Part shown: piece by piece, positions 9,624 to 19,313 of the stretch
Layout: each line of letters opens with the position of its first letter
How positions within the stretch are numbered: position 1 is the first letter of the stretch
DNA from: Gammaproteobacteria bacterium
GTDB taxonomy: Bacteria; Pseudomonadota; Gammaproteobacteria; JAABTG01
Direction of reading: 5' to 3'
DNA: 64,000 nucleotides
Assembly (NCBI GenBank): GCA_034522055.1
Contig: JAXHLS010000006.1
Coordinates: 962,790-1,026,789, forward strand
Notes under the pieces: generated by a model
The model's input: the letters and a program-made list of their open reading frames with translations, nothing else
What the model was told of the DNA's origin: nothing
Databases searched by the model: none
Made by a program: the position numbers and the translations under genes

Positions 9624-10287
9624 CCTGCCGTCCCCGTTCTTCGCCCATGATGTGGGCCACCGCCTCGGCCACCCGGCGCTCGATGGTGGCATCCACCTGG
9701 GAGGACTCGCTGGCGACCCGGCATCCGCCACGGGTGATCATGGGTTTCTCCACCACGGTCCATGCCGACTCCCCGTCGCCCACGCCCACGGTCTCGCGCA
9801 CCAGCGCGGCATCCTCCGGATGGAGGTGGATCTCCACCCGGGGCGTCACCTCGGGCAGGGCGGCCACCGCCTCCCGCACCACGGCGATCACCTGCTCGGG
9901 GTCGGTGCGCAGTTCCCGCCGAATGATGTGACGAGCCACGCTCACGGCCAGTTCCACCAGGGTCTCCACCACACGCTCGTCCAATTCGGCGTAGGGCTGG
10001 GACATGCCGTCGAGGAGGGCCTTCAAACGTTTGGTCACATCGGCGTTGCGTTGCTCGGCACGGCGCAGGCCCTCCTGGCGTCCCTGGGCCTCGCCCTCGG
10101 CATGGCCCTGGCGGAAGGCCTCCTCGCGCACCTGCTTTTCGAGTTGCTCGATGTCCCCCGCGGTTGGGGGACGCGGGCGATTGCCCCCGCCGCCCGCCTT
10201 CGCCTTGCCGGCCCCGCCCACCTCGGGCAGCTCCCAGGACCGAAAGCGACCCGCGCCGTCGGATATGACACGTCCGCCGCTCGCCAT
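9604..10287 (-). CDS. fliH: Flagellar assembly protein FliH
   Basis: 227 aa with a FliH-like charged central region ([26 protein letters not shown]); position between fliG and fliI. Confidence 0.75.
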   Translation of the reverse strand: MASGGRVISDGAGRFRSWELPEVGGAGKAKAGGGGNRPRPPTAGDIEQLEKQVREEAFRQGHAEGEAQGRQEGLRRAEQRNADVTKRLKALLDGMSQPYAELDERVVETLVELAVSVARHIIRRELRTDPEQVIAVVREAVAALPEVTPRVEIHLHPEDAALVRETVGVGDGESAWTVVEKPMITRGGCRVASESSQVDATIERRVAEAVAHIMGEERGRQGGGIEA

Positions 10288-10296
10288 GGGCCGTCT

Positions 10297-11316
10297 CTAG
10301 ACGAATTCGTCGCCGCCGGCACCGCCGAGGGCGATGGTGCCCTCGTCGGCCATGCGGCGGGCGATGCCCAGGATTTCCTTCTGGGCCGCCTCGACCTCGC
10401 TGAGGCGCACCGGGCCCTTGGCTTCGAGGTCGTCCCGCAGCATCTCCGATGCACGCTTGGACATGTTCTTGAAGAACTTCTCGCGCAGTGACTCGTCCGT
10501 GCCCTTGAGGGCGATGAGCAGGGTGTCCGAGGAGATCTCCCGCAACAGGGCCTGGACGCCGGTATCGTCCACATCCATCAGGTTCTCGAACACGAACATC
10601 AGGTCCTCGATCTGCTGGCTGAGGTCCGCATCAACCTCCTTGACGTGTTCCATGATCTCCTGTTCCGAGGCGGTCTCCACGAAGTTGAGGATCTCGGCTG
10701 CGGCACGCGCACCGCCCACCGAGGAGGCCTTGACGTTGGAACCCGAGACCTGGGCCTCAAGGATCTGGTTGAGTTCATTGAGGGCCTGGGGCTGCACCGT
10801 ATCCAGGGTGGCGACGCGCAGCATCAGATCCGGACGGGTGCGTTCGGGCAGGTACGACATCACCTCCGCCGACTGGTCGGCGTCGAGGAAGGCGAGCACG
10901 ATGGCAATGATCTGGGGATGCTCGTTGCGGACCATGTCCGCGATGCCCCGCGGGTCCATCCATTTCAGGGTATCGAGACCGTTGGCCGAACCGCCGACGA
11001 GGATCCGATCCATGAGGCCGCTGGCCTTCTCGTCGCCCACCGCCCGCACCAGCATGTTGCGGATATAGCTCTCCTGGTCGACGCCGAGGGAGGTATGGGT
11101 GCCCAGGGCATCCACGAACTCCTGCATCACCCGCTTCACCTGGGCCTGGGTGATGCCCGCCACCTCCGACATGGCGGAACCCACCTTCTGCACGTCCTTC
11201 GGGCCCAGATGCCGCAGCACCTCGGCGGCCCCTTCCTCGCCGATGCTGAGCAGCAGCACGGCAGCCTGCTGGGGGCCGGTGAGGCCCTTTTCCGTGATAT
11301 TATTGTTCTCAGCCAT
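10297..11316 (-). CDS. fliG: Flagellar motor switch protein FliG
   Basis: FliG motifs (AAVLLLSIGEEGAAEVLRHLGPKDVQKV, MFVFENLMDVDDTGVQALLRE); start at MAENNNITEKG. Confidence 0.85.
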   Translation of the reverse strand: MAENNNITEKGLTGPQQAAVLLLSIGEEGAAEVLRHLGPKDVQKVGSAMSEVAGITQAQVKRVMQEFVDALGTHTSLGVDQESYIRNMLVRAVGDEKASGLMDRILVGGSANGLDTLKWMDPRGIADMVRNEHPQIIAIVLAFLDADQSAEVMSYLPERTRPDLMLRVATLDTVQPQALNELNQILEAQVSGSNVKASSVGGARAAAEILNFVETASEQEIMEHVKEVDADLSQQIEDLMFVFENLMDVDDTGVQALLREISSDTLLIALKGTDESLREKFFKNMSKRASEMLRDDLEAKGPVRLSEVEAAQKEILGIARRMADEGTIALGGAGGDEFV

Positions 11317-12985
11317 CGGCATTCACCCAATCTCTGACCACCTGCGCCACCCGTTTCGGATCGTCCTGGACCAGCTTCCTCACCACCTCCAGACGGCGCT
11401 CGTGGGTGGCCGTATCCGGTAACTGTAGCACCTCGTCGTCGCCCTCCACCTGTCGTACGACGCCATCGTCATCCTGGCGCTGCCCGTGACCCCGCTGCGT
11501 CATGGTGGCCTCCAGCTTGGCTTGCATGTCACGCAGCTCCGCATCCGCGCCCGTGAGACGGCGCATGGCCGGACGCAGCACCCCGAGGATCAGGAACAAC
11601 ACCAGCAGCACACCCAGTACCTGCTTGGACAAGGTGAGGACCCAGGATTGTTCCCACAGCGGCTGTGCCTCCACGGGTGGGGCGGGCAGGGGCTCGGTGA
11701 AGGAGACGTTGGTCACCTGCACCCTATCGCCCCGTGCCTGGGTGAAACCGATGGCCTCCTTCACCAGGGTCTCGATGCGGGCCGTCTCCTCGGGCGTCAG
11801 GGCCTGCCGCTGCACGGTGCCGTCGGCGGCCGCCGTGCGATGGTCATCCACCACCACCGCCACCGACAGCCGCCGCAGCACGGCGCTCGGCATCACCGTG
11901 TGACGGATGGTCTTGTCGAGTTCGAAGTTCCGCGTGGAGCGGCGCCGCGACGACTCGCCGGCGCCCCCCGCGGCACCCTCGACGCCCGCCGCCTGCTCGG
12001 GGGCCGCGCCGGCGCCGGGCGGCTGATTGGCGAGAGCCCCCGGGATCCCGGCCGCCCCCGCCGCGCCCTGCTCCTCCAGCACCTGCTCGCTGCGCAGGGC
12101 CGGCAGATCCGGATTGTAGATCTCGCGCGTCTGCTCGGTGCGGGTGAAATCGACATCCGCCGACACCTGGGCCTCGAGGCCGTCCAGCCCCACCACGGGC
12201 CTGAGGATATCCTGGATGCGACGCACGTAGCCCTGCTCGAGCTTGTTGACGTAGTCCAGCTGATCGGAACTCATGGCGAGGGCGGAATCCGCCTCGGGCC
12301 GGGTCAGCAGGCGACCCCGCTGGTCCACCACCTTGACGTTGCCGGGTTCCATCCGCGGCACCGCCGCCGCCACCATGTGGGCGACGGCACTCACCTGCCC
12401 CTCCCCCAGTTTGCCCATGCCGGTCAGGGTCAGGAGCACGGAGGCCGTAGGCGGCCTGCGCTCCCGCACGAAGGCGGACTCGCGGGGCTGGGCCAGGTGG
12501 ACCCGGGCGCTGCGCACCCCGTTGACGGTGCTGATGGAACGCCCCAGTTCCACCTCCAGGGCGCGCTGGAAGCGCGCCCGCTCCACGAACTGGCTGGTGC
12601 CGAAGCTCTGCTCCTCTTGAAGGATCTCGAAGCCCATGTCCCCGCCGCCGGGCAGATTCTGGGCCGCCAGGCGGAAGCGCACGTCGTAGACCTTGTCGGC
12701 CGGCACCATGATGGAGTTATTGCGCTCATCCAGACGGTAGGGCACGCCGGTGGCATCCAGGGCCTCCAGCACCTCGCTGGCCGCCCCCGGTGACAAGCCC
12801 CCGTAGAGCAGGGCGTAATCGGCCTTGGCGGTCCACAGGGCGATGGAGACCCCGAGGGCGATGGTGGCCGCCAGGGCCACCAACAGGCCCATCTGACGCA
12901 GCGCCGAGAGCCCCAGCAGACCCCGCCAGGCATTGGGGTTGCCCACCGGCGACGGCAATGCCTGGGTACCTTGAACCTCCGCCAT
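11309..12985 (-). CDS. fliF: Flagellar MS-ring protein FliF
   Basis: 558 aa with an N-terminal TM segment, a YscJ/FliF domain (VPADKVYDVRFRLAAQNLP) and a C-terminal TM segment; overlaps the fliG start. Confidence 0.85.
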   Translation of the reverse strand: MAEVQGTQALPSPVGNPNAWRGLLGLSALRQMGLLVALAATIALGVSIALWTAKADYALLYGGLSPGAASEVLEALDATGVPYRLDERNNSIMVPADKVYDVRFRLAAQNLPGGGDMGFEILQEEQSFGTSQFVERARFQRALEVELGRSISTVNGVRSARVHLAQPRESAFVRERRPPTASVLLTLTGMGKLGEGQVSAVAHMVAAAVPRMEPGNVKVVDQRGRLLTRPEADSALAMSSDQLDYVNKLEQGYVRRIQDILRPVVGLDGLEAQVSADVDFTRTEQTREIYNPDLPALRSEQVLEEQGAAGAAGIPGALANQPPGAGAAPEQAAGVEGAAGGAGESSRRRSTRNFELDKTIRHTVMPSAVLRRLSVAVVVDDHRTAAADGTVQRQALTPEETARIETLVKEAIGFTQARGDRVQVTNVSFTEPLPAPPVEAQPLWEQSWVLTLSKQVLGVLLVLFLILGVLRPAMRRLTGADAELRDMQAKLEATMTQRGHGQRQDDDGVVRQVEGDDEVLQLPDTATHERRLEVVRKLVQDDPKRVAQVVRDWVNADG

Positions 12986-13021
12986 ATCAATGTCTCCGGC
13001 GATGTCGCGCGTTCATGGTCA

Positions 13022-13351
13022 TCAGATGCGCATGTTGCTGATGTCCTGGTAGGCCTGCACCAGGCGGTTTCTCACCTGGAGCAGGCCCTGGAAGGAGATG
13101 CTGGACTTCTGCACGGCGATCATGACCTCCGCCAGCTCGACGTTGGGATCCCCCTGCTCGAACGCGGCGGTCAACGCCTTGGCCTCCTGGGCCCGCCCGT
13201 TGACGCTGTCGAGCGACTGCTTGAGCAGCGCATTGAAATCCGCGCCTCCGGCCTTGTCGCCAGACTCGCCGGCGGCGGGCGCCTGGGCCTGCGCGGCCAT
13301 CGCCCGCATCTGGGCCAGCACGTTGTCGATCCCGCTGGTATCCACTTTCAT
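13022..13351 (-). CDS. fliE: Flagellar hook-basal body protein FliE
   Basis: 109 aa with FliE C-terminal signature (EVMIAVQKSSISFQGLLQVRNRLVQAYQDI). Confidence 0.8.
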   Translation of the reverse strand: MKVDTSGIDNVLAQMRAMAAQAQAPAAGESGDKAGGADFNALLKQSLDSVNGRAQEAKALTAAFEQGDPNVELAEVMIAVQKSSISFQGLLQVRNRLVQAYQDISNMRI

Positions 13352-13379
13352 GTCCCATACCTCTTCATCGTTTCAAAGG

Positions 13380-13580
13380 TGGGTCCGCTGCGCTCGACCC
13401 ACCCTACGTAAGCTGAGCGCTGGCGCGAAACCCCGCGTAGGGTGGAACAAGCGCAGCGGTTCCACCGCTCCGGGCCCCGGGCATCGCCCCGGCGGCCGCG
13501 ATGGGTCCGCTGCGCTTGATCCGCCCTACGTAACCCGGACTGCGGCGCGCGACCCAGCGTCGGGTGAAACGAGCGCCTCG
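13380..13580. repeat. Tandem duplication of a ~95-bp unit in the fleR-fliE intergenic region
   Basis: Unit 1 (GGGTCCGCTGCGCTCGACCCACCCTACGTAAGCTGAGCGCTGGCGCGAAACC...TGGAACAAGCGCAGCGGTTCCACCG) and unit 2 (GGGTCCGCTGCGCTTGATCCGCCCTACGTAACCCGGACTGCGGCGCGCGACC...TGAAACGAGCGCCTCGCTTCCACCG) are ~75% identical. Confidence 0.7.
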
Positions 13581-13590
13581 CTTCCACCGG

Positions 13591-14943
13591 CTACTCCGCC
13601 ACCGCCATGCCGGCCTCACGGAGCTTCTGCAGCTTGTAGCGCAGAGTCCTGGGGCTGATGCCGAGCAGCTTCGCGGCATTCTTCTTGCTGCCGTTACCGC
13701 GCTGCAAAGCGTCCATGATCAACTCCCGCTCCTTGTCCCGCAGATCCATCCCCAGGGGGGTCTCGGCGTCCTGCTCCATGGCCGGCGCCAGGGCTGCCGG
13801 GTGCTGCGGCCGGGGCGCCTGAAAATGCAGATCATGGAGGTCGATATCGCCACTGCCGTTGAGGATCAGGGCGCGTTGGATGACGTTGGCCAGCTCCCGC
13901 ACGTTACCCGGCCAGTGATAGGCCACCAGGGCATCCCGGGCCGCCTCGCCGAGGCGAGGCGTCTCGCCCGTCCCGCCATGGAGCCGCAGCAGATGCGCAG
14001 CGAGGGCGACGATATCCCCCGGGCGCTCGCGCAGGGGCGGGATGTGCAGGGGAAAGACATTGAGGCGATAGTAGAGGTCCTCGCGGAACGTACCCTCGCG
14101 CACCAGCTCCGCCATATCACGATTGGAGGTAGCCAGCACCCGCACGTCCAGGGGGATCATGCGCTGGCTGCCCAGGCGCTCCACCTCCCGTTCCTGAAGC
14201 ACCCGCAGCAGCTTGGCCTGCAGGCCCAGCGGCATCTCAGAGACCTCGTCCAGCAACAACGTACCGCCGTGGGCCTGCTCGAACTTGCCGGGCGCCGCCT
14301 TGTAGGCCCCGGTGAAGGCCCCTTTCTCGTAGCCGAACAGCACCGCCTCCAGCATGTTCTCGGGGATGGCCGCGCAGTTGATGGCCACGAAGGGGCCGCC
14401 GGCTCGGGGCGAGTGGGCATGGAGGTAACGGGCATAGACCTCCTTGCCGGTACCGCTCTCGCCGCTGATCATCACCGTCGCCTCGCTGCCCCCCACGCGG
14501 GCGGCGAGAGCCAGGAGATCGCGGGACACGGGGTCCTCCGCCACGGGGTCGCCGGTGGCCGCGGTCTCCGCCGGCAGGTGGCTCACCACCTTGCTCACCA
14601 GCACCTCGCCCTCGAAGGGCTTCACCAGATAATCCACCGCGCCCATCTTCATGGCCTCCACCGCCTGCTGGACCGTGGCATAGGCCGTCATCAGCAGTAC
14701 TGGGGTATCGGGGGCGGCGGCGCGCACCGCCTTCAGAAAGGCCATGCCGTCCATGGGACGCATCTGGATGTCGCTCACCACCAGGCGCGGGCGCTCCTCC
14801 CTCAGCACCGCCAGGGCCTCCTCCCCGTCGCCCGCGGTGACCACGTCCAGTCCGGCCAGCCCCAGGGTCTCGGCGAGGGCGTCGCGCAGGGGTACGTCGT
14901 CCTCCACGATGAGCACGTGGGCCTCCACCTTAGCCTCCCCCAC
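13591..14943 (-). CDS. fleR: Sigma54-dependent flagellar response regulator (FleR/FlrC)
   Basis: REC domain (LIVEDD, SDIQMRPMDG), AAA+ sigma54-activator motifs ([29 protein letters not shown]-like), and a C-terminal Fis-type HTH. Confidence 0.85.
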   Translation of the reverse strand: MGEAKVEAHVLIVEDDVPLRDALAETLGLAGLDVVTAGDGEEALAVLREERPRLVVSDIQMRPMDGMAFLKAVRAAAPDTPVLLMTAYATVQQAVEAMKMGAVDYLVKPFEGEVLVSKVVSHLPAETAATGDPVAEDPVSRDLLALAARVGGSEATVMISGESGTGKEVYARYLHAHSPRAGGPFVAINCAAIPENMLEAVLFGYEKGAFTGAYKAAPGKFEQAHGGTLLLDEVSEMPLGLQAKLLRVLQEREVERLGSQRMIPLDVRVLATSNRDMAELVREGTFREDLYYRLNVFPLHIPPLRERPGDIVALAAHLLRLHGGTGETPRLGEAARDALVAYHWPGNVRELANVIQRALILNGSGDIDLHDLHFQAPRPQHPAALAPAMEQDAETPLGMDLRDKERELIMDALQRGNGSKKNAAKLLGISPRTLRYKLQKLREAGMAVAE

Positions 14944-16111
14944 CGGCGGCCGCGGGCGGTGCCTCGCGGCGGCTCACCGGCAGCGCGAGGGTGAAGCGCG
15001 CGCCCTGACCGGGCGCGGTGGCGAGGTCGATGCGCCCGCCATGGGCCTGAACCACCGCGTGGGCCACCGCCAGCCCCAGACCGGTGCCGCCGGAACGCGC
15101 GCTCACGAAGGGCTCGAAGACCCGCCGCGCCTGCTCCTCATCCATGCCCGGACCGTCATCCCCGACTTCGATGAGCAACTCGTCGCCCTCGCCCCGCAGC
15201 CGCAGCTGGATCCCGACCTCCGGACCGCCGGCCTCGACGGCGTTGTTCACCAGGTTCTGAACCACCGTGCAAAGGGCATCGGTATTGCCCTGCACGTACA
15301 GCCCGGGGGCCTCGCACCGGCAGCCGAAGCGGCCGCCCCGCTGGGCGCAGATGGCGGCGCCGGCATGCTCCAGGGCCGCGCACAGGGTCTCCGGCTCCAG
15401 TTCCACCACCTCGAACGCGCCGGTGTGGGCGAAGTCGAGCATGTCCTTGACCAGGCGCTCCATGTAACGAAGCACATCCCGCAACCTGCCGCCCAGCTGC
15501 TCGCGGCGCTCCCCGCTGACGCCGCCGCCGCTGAGGTTGCCGGCATGGAGCAGCGCGGTGGCGATGGGGGTGCGGATCTGATGAGCCAGGGATGCGGCCA
15601 TGCGGCCGATGTCCGACAACCGCCGCAAGTGGGCGATCCGGGTCTGCAACTCGCGGGTCTCGGTGACATCGTTGAACAGCAGGATCTGACCGGGTTCGCT
15701 GCCCAGGGAACAGGTGGAGATGCTGACGCGCCGGCCGTTGGCCAGGCTCACGTCATGGCCGTCGTCGGGCTGAGGCCGGAAGCCCCGCTGTACCACCTCC
15801 AGCCAGGACTGCCCGGTGAGGGCCTCCCCGAACAACGCCCGTGCCGCCGGGTTGCACTCCGCCACCCGCCCGTCGCGGTCCACCACCACCACGCCGGCGG
15901 GCAGGGACTCGATGAGCAGGGTGAGGCGGTGTGCCAGCCGTTCCTTCTCGTCCAGGTCACGGGCCCGGGCATCCCGGGCCCGAGCGAGTTCGTCGCTAAG
16001 GCTACGAACCTGGGCCTGCAAGGCCTCGTAGGCCTCCACCAGAGTACTGGAGTTCTCGTTGAACTCCTCGAAGGCCTTTGCCAGATCCACGGGTGAGGTA
16101 CCGGAGGTCAT
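14930..16111 (-). CDS. fleS: Flagellar sensor histidine kinase (FleS/FlrB) with a PAS domain
   Basis: PAS domain, HisKA (H-box ASLAHQIRTP) and HATPase_c (GLGLAVAH, DDGPGMDEE). The start is trimmed to ATG 16111 (MTSGTSPVDL); the ORF is open to 16306. Confidence 0.8.
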   Translation of the reverse strand: MTSGTSPVDLAKAFEEFNENSSTLVEAYEALQAQVRSLSDELARARDARARDLDEKERLAHRLTLLIESLPAGVVVVDRDGRVAECNPAARALFGEALTGQSWLEVVQRGFRPQPDDGHDVSLANGRRVSISTCSLGSEPGQILLFNDVTETRELQTRIAHLRRLSDIGRMAASLAHQIRTPIATALLHAGNLSGGGVSGERREQLGGRLRDVLRYMERLVKDMLDFAHTGAFEVVELEPETLCAALEHAGAAICAQRGGRFGCRCEAPGLYVQGNTDALCTVVQNLVNNAVEAGGPEVGIQLRLRGEGDELLIEVGDDGPGMDEEQARRVFEPFVSARSGGTGLGLAVAHAVVQAHGGRIDLATAPGQGARFTLALPVSRREAPPAAAGGGG

Positions 16112-16274
16112 CACCGACCCGTCACCCGTGGCGGCACGCGTGCTGGGCGCGTGCCGCGGCCCCGGTCTCGCGCCCCCGACTGATCCGCCGCTTCGACTCC
16201 ACTGACATGCCCCCCCCGGGTCCAGGAAATACCGGTCTGTTATGGCGCGGCCTCGAGCCGCACTACAGGGAGCG

Positions 16275-16293
16275 AATGCAATACCCATGCCCG
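16275..16293 (-). promoter_or_regulatory. Candidate sigma54 (-24/-12) promoter for fleSR
   Basis: The minus strand reads CGGGCATGGGTATTGCATT, with GG and GC separated by the canonical 10 nt and a TTGCA -12 box. It lies ~165 nt upstream of the fleS start. Confidence 0.4.
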
Positions 16294-16356
16294 AGCCTAG
16301 GGACATTTAAATTCATAGACTTATGGAAGACCCGGTGGTGCCCCGGGGATAAGGCG

Positions 16357-17766
16357 TCAGAAGTCCGTCACGTCTTCCGGGCGCCTGATGCCGTGCTTGC
16401 GCATCTTTTCCACCAGGGTGGTGCGCCCCAGGCCGAGACGTTTGGCCGCCCGCGCCACCACGCCATCCACCTCGTCCAGGGCCTGCTTGATGAGGGTATA
16501 TTCCAGCTGATTGATGTATTCCTTGAGGTCCAGGCCATCCGCCGGCAGGTGATGTCCAACGCCTGCCGCCACCCCCATCGCCGCCGTGCCGGCCTCGGAC
16601 TCCGGCAGATCCGGGATGTCCTCTCCGAGGTGGGCCCGGAAGCGCTCGGGAAGCTCCGGCACATCCACCACACCGTAGGGATGGAGGATGGCCAGCCGCT
16701 CGATGAGGTTGGCCAGTTCGCGCACGTTGCCCGGCCAGCCGTAGCCCATCAGCGCCCGCACCGCGCGCTCGTGCAGGCGCACCGAGCCGCGCCCCTCGGC
16801 CTCGATACGTTCCGCGAGGGTGGTGATGAGGTGGGGCAGGTCCTCGGTGCGTTCCCGCAGCGGCGGCATGTTCATGGGAAACACATTGAGCCGGTAATAA
16901 AGATCCTCGCGGAAACGGCCCGCCGCGATGCCCTGCTCCAGGTCGTTGTGGGTGGCGGCGATGATGCGCACGTCTGCCCGCAGACTCTTGTTGCTGCCCA
17001 CCCGCTCGTAACTGCGTTCCTGTAACACCCGCAACAGCTTGACCTGCATCGCCAGAGGCATATCGCCGATCTCATCCAGAAACAGGGTGCCCCCTTCGGC
17101 GATCTCGAAGCGCCCCCGCCGGGCACTGATGGCCCCGGTGAACGCCCCCTTCTCATGGCCGAAGAGTTCGCTTTCCAGCAGTTCGGCGGGAATGGCGCCG
17201 CAGTTGACCGGCACGAAGGGCCGGTGGCGGCGCGGCGACAGGGCATGGATGGTGCGCGCCGCCACCTCCTTGCCCGTACCCGACTCCCCCAGCACCAGCA
17301 CCGTGGCCTCGGACCCCGCCACCTGCTCGATCATGCGGCGGACCCCCATCATGCTGCGGCCTTCCCCCACCAGCCCGCCGCCGTCGCGGGCCTGGCCCCC
17401 TGCGGCCCGTGGCGCCTCCCGCTGGCCGCCAAGGGCCTCCTTGAGGTGTTCGAGCTTGAGGGGGAACGGCACCACCGCCACATCCGGCGAGCCCGCCGGG
17501 GCTTCCTCGACTCCGGTCACGATCACCCTGGCATCCGGAAACAAGGCCGCCAACTCCGCGAGCCCGCCTTCCCCACCCGCCACCAGGGCCCCGGGCCCGA
17601 CAAGCACCACCCCCGGCGCGGCGTCGCCCTCCACCACGACGCGCACCTCGTCGGCGCCGGGGCGCGCGCAGACCAGTACCCGGTAATCCATGAACCCGAA
17701 CACCGCTTCGATGCGCGCGCGGCACTCATCGTCCGGCTCGATCACGAGAACTGTGGGCATATGCAC
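16357..17766 (-). CDS. fleQ: Sigma54-dependent flagellar master regulator (FleQ/FlrA)
   Basis: Strong similarity to FleQ over the AAA+ domain ([14 protein letters not shown]-like [60 protein letters not shown]) and a C-terminal HTH. Confidence 0.85.
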   Translation of the reverse strand: MHMPTVLVIEPDDECRARIEAVFGFMDYRVLVCARPGADEVRVVVEGDAAPGVVLVGPGALVAGGEGGLAELAALFPDARVIVTGVEEAPAGSPDVAVVPFPLKLEHLKEALGGQREAPRAAGGQARDGGGLVGEGRSMMGVRRMIEQVAGSEATVLVLGESGTGKEVAARTIHALSPRRHRPFVPVNCGAIPAELLESELFGHEKGAFTGAISARRGRFEIAEGGTLFLDEIGDMPLAMQVKLLRVLQERSYERVGSNKSLRADVRIIAATHNDLEQGIAAGRFREDLYYRLNVFPMNMPPLRERTEDLPHLITTLAERIEAEGRGSVRLHERAVRALMGYGWPGNVRELANLIERLAILHPYGVVDVPELPERFRAHLGEDIPDLPESEAGTAAMGVAAGVGHHLPADGLDLKEYINQLEYTLIKQALDEVDGVVARAAKRLGLGRTTLVEKMRKHGIRRPEDVTDF

Positions 17767-17906
17767 CCTGTTTTATGGCTTTATGGTCGGAACACCCCAT
17801 CCCGGGATACGAGGGCCGCCGCATCACAGCAACGGAACGAAGAGCTTAGACCACATGCCACCAAGAGGGAACACGCAACGTCAAGAATCTGGCGCGCCGC
17901 ACCCCC

Positions 17907-17985
17907 GCCCTACGGGCCACCAGCGAAAAGCGTAACCACGAAAGACGCGAAAAGGGAAAGGGGAAAAGGCCGGGGGGGTCGATTA
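17907..17985. repeat. Partial copy of dispersed repeat A (the GCGAAAAGCGTAACCACGAAAGACGCGAAAAGGGAAAGGGG end)
   Basis: Matches the terminal ~70 bp of element A. Confidence 0.6.
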
Positions 17986-18149
17986 CCCGCAGGAGCGACG
18001 CCCCCGTCGTGATTTTCCGGCTGCGCCGGTCCCCCTCACCCTGGCACGCAAGAAACCATCGAAGTAGGGGCCGTTCCCATCAAGCAGCCCATTGGGGGAG
18101 GCGACCAAGGGTAAAAGACAGCCCCACCCCCGTCATGCCGAGGGCAAGA

Positions 18150-18190
18150 GACACCCCACCTCGTCATGCCGGGCTTGACCCGGTATCCAG
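18150..18190. repeat. Second small REP-like palindrome family (CGTCATGCCGGGCTTGACCCGGTATCCAGGGC)
   Basis: Near-identical copy at 37045..37085 (GTCATACCGGGCCCGACCCGGTATCCAGGGGC). Confidence 0.55.
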
Positions 18191-18295
18191 GGCGGCGAGT
18201 GCCGTGGCCGGGGTGGTGCCTCTGACCCACGCGGCTGTGGCGGCCCTGGATTACGCCTTACGTCTCTGCGCTGACCCGGATCTGGAAAGGATCGG

Positions 18296-18690
18296 CTAAT
18301 CGTCCCACGGGTTGATCACGTCCATCGGCAGCGAGTAGAAATCCCGGAAGTTGCGCGTGGCCAGGCGCCCCCTGTTCACGATAGTGATGGCCGCGATCCT
18401 CCCGTCGGGCACGGCGAGGGCGGTTCCGCTTCGCGATGCCTCCCCCATGAGCTCACCGTAGACCAGTGCTGCCTGCTCGGTGAAGGCGAAGATTCGGTCC
18501 GAGAAGCGCCCACGCCAGGCGTCGAGGCCTTGCCGCAGCAACTCGGAGCGCTGGTCGGAGTGGATCTTGGCGATGCCAAACACGATTTCGCAATCGTGAC
18601 AGTGAACATGGCCAGTTCCTGGTCATGGGCGGCCAGCCAGCTGAGCACCCGCCGGCTCGGCTCTTTGCGCAGACTTTCGGAGATGACGTT
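18296..18690 (-). pseudogene. VapC-type PIN-domain toxin gene with internal frameshift
   Basis: The N-terminal PIN signature (LIFLDTNVISESLRKEPSRRVLSWLAAHDQELAMFTVTIA) and the C-terminal part (FGIAKIHSDQRSELLRQGL...NFRDFYSLPMDVINPW) are in different frames. The shift is at GCGAAATCG (~18585). There is no ATG start and no adjacent vapB. Confidence 0.5.
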
Positions 18691-18798
18691 GGTATCGAGG
18701 AAGATCAGACGAGAAGTCCCATCAAAAGGAATAAACGAGGAGGTTTGCGGGTCTCTAGGCCCATCATGCGTTCAATCAATCCCACGAGAGGCACATCC

Positions 18799-19299
18799 AT
18801 GACCCACCGTATCCACGGGAGTCTGCTGTTCGTACTGCTGTTCTTCGGCGTCGCCGTCCACGGCCAGCCGGCCGGGGTGGACCTCGAAGGCAATCCGGCG
18901 GATCTGTCCCGACACACGGGCCAGGGCAAGTGGCTGCTGGTGAAGTTCTGGGCCTCGGACTGTCACGTGTGCGCCCAGGAGGCGCCATCGGTCACTGCAT
19001 TTCACGAGCGCCACCGCGAAGACGACGCCGAGGTGCCGGCCGAGGTATTGGGCATCGCCCTGGACGGGCCGGACAATATGGCCGCGGTGCAGGCCTTCCG
19101 TGAACGTCACGGGGCCCGCTTCCCCAGCCTGGTCATGGAACCGGAGGCCGGCTGGCGACTGTTCCAGCAGCTCACCGGCCAGCCCTGGCTCGGCACCCCC
19201 TCCTACCTCATCTACGGGCCGGATGGGCAACTGCTGGCCCAGCAGGTGGGCGCGGTACCGATGGCGATGGTGGAAGACTTCATCAGTCGCAAGCCCTGA
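18799..19299 (+). CDS. TlpA/ResA-like periplasmic thiol-disulfide oxidoreductase (thioredoxin fold)
   Basis: Signal peptide (MTHRIHGSLLFVLLFFGVAVHG) and a WASDCHVCAQEAP CxxC motif. The start is chosen at ATG 18799, which has a GAGAGG RBS. Confidence 0.7.
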   Translation: MTHRIHGSLLFVLLFFGVAVHGQPAGVDLEGNPADLSRHTGQGKWLLVKFWASDCHVCAQEAPSVTAFHERHREDDAEVPAEVLGIALDGPDNMAAVQAFRERHGARFPSLVMEPEAGWRLFQQLTGQPWLGTPSYLIYGPDGQLLAQQVGAVPMAMVEDFISRKP

Positions 19300-19313
19300 C
19301 AGCAGCCACGCCA

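Noticed and set aside
13380-13580. sigma54 promoters inside the fliE-upstream tandem repeat
   Set aside because: TGGAA(C/G)CG...GCGCT has the GG-GC spacing one nucleotide short of the strict -24/-12 geometry. It is kept only as a possible regulatory box, not called as a promoter.
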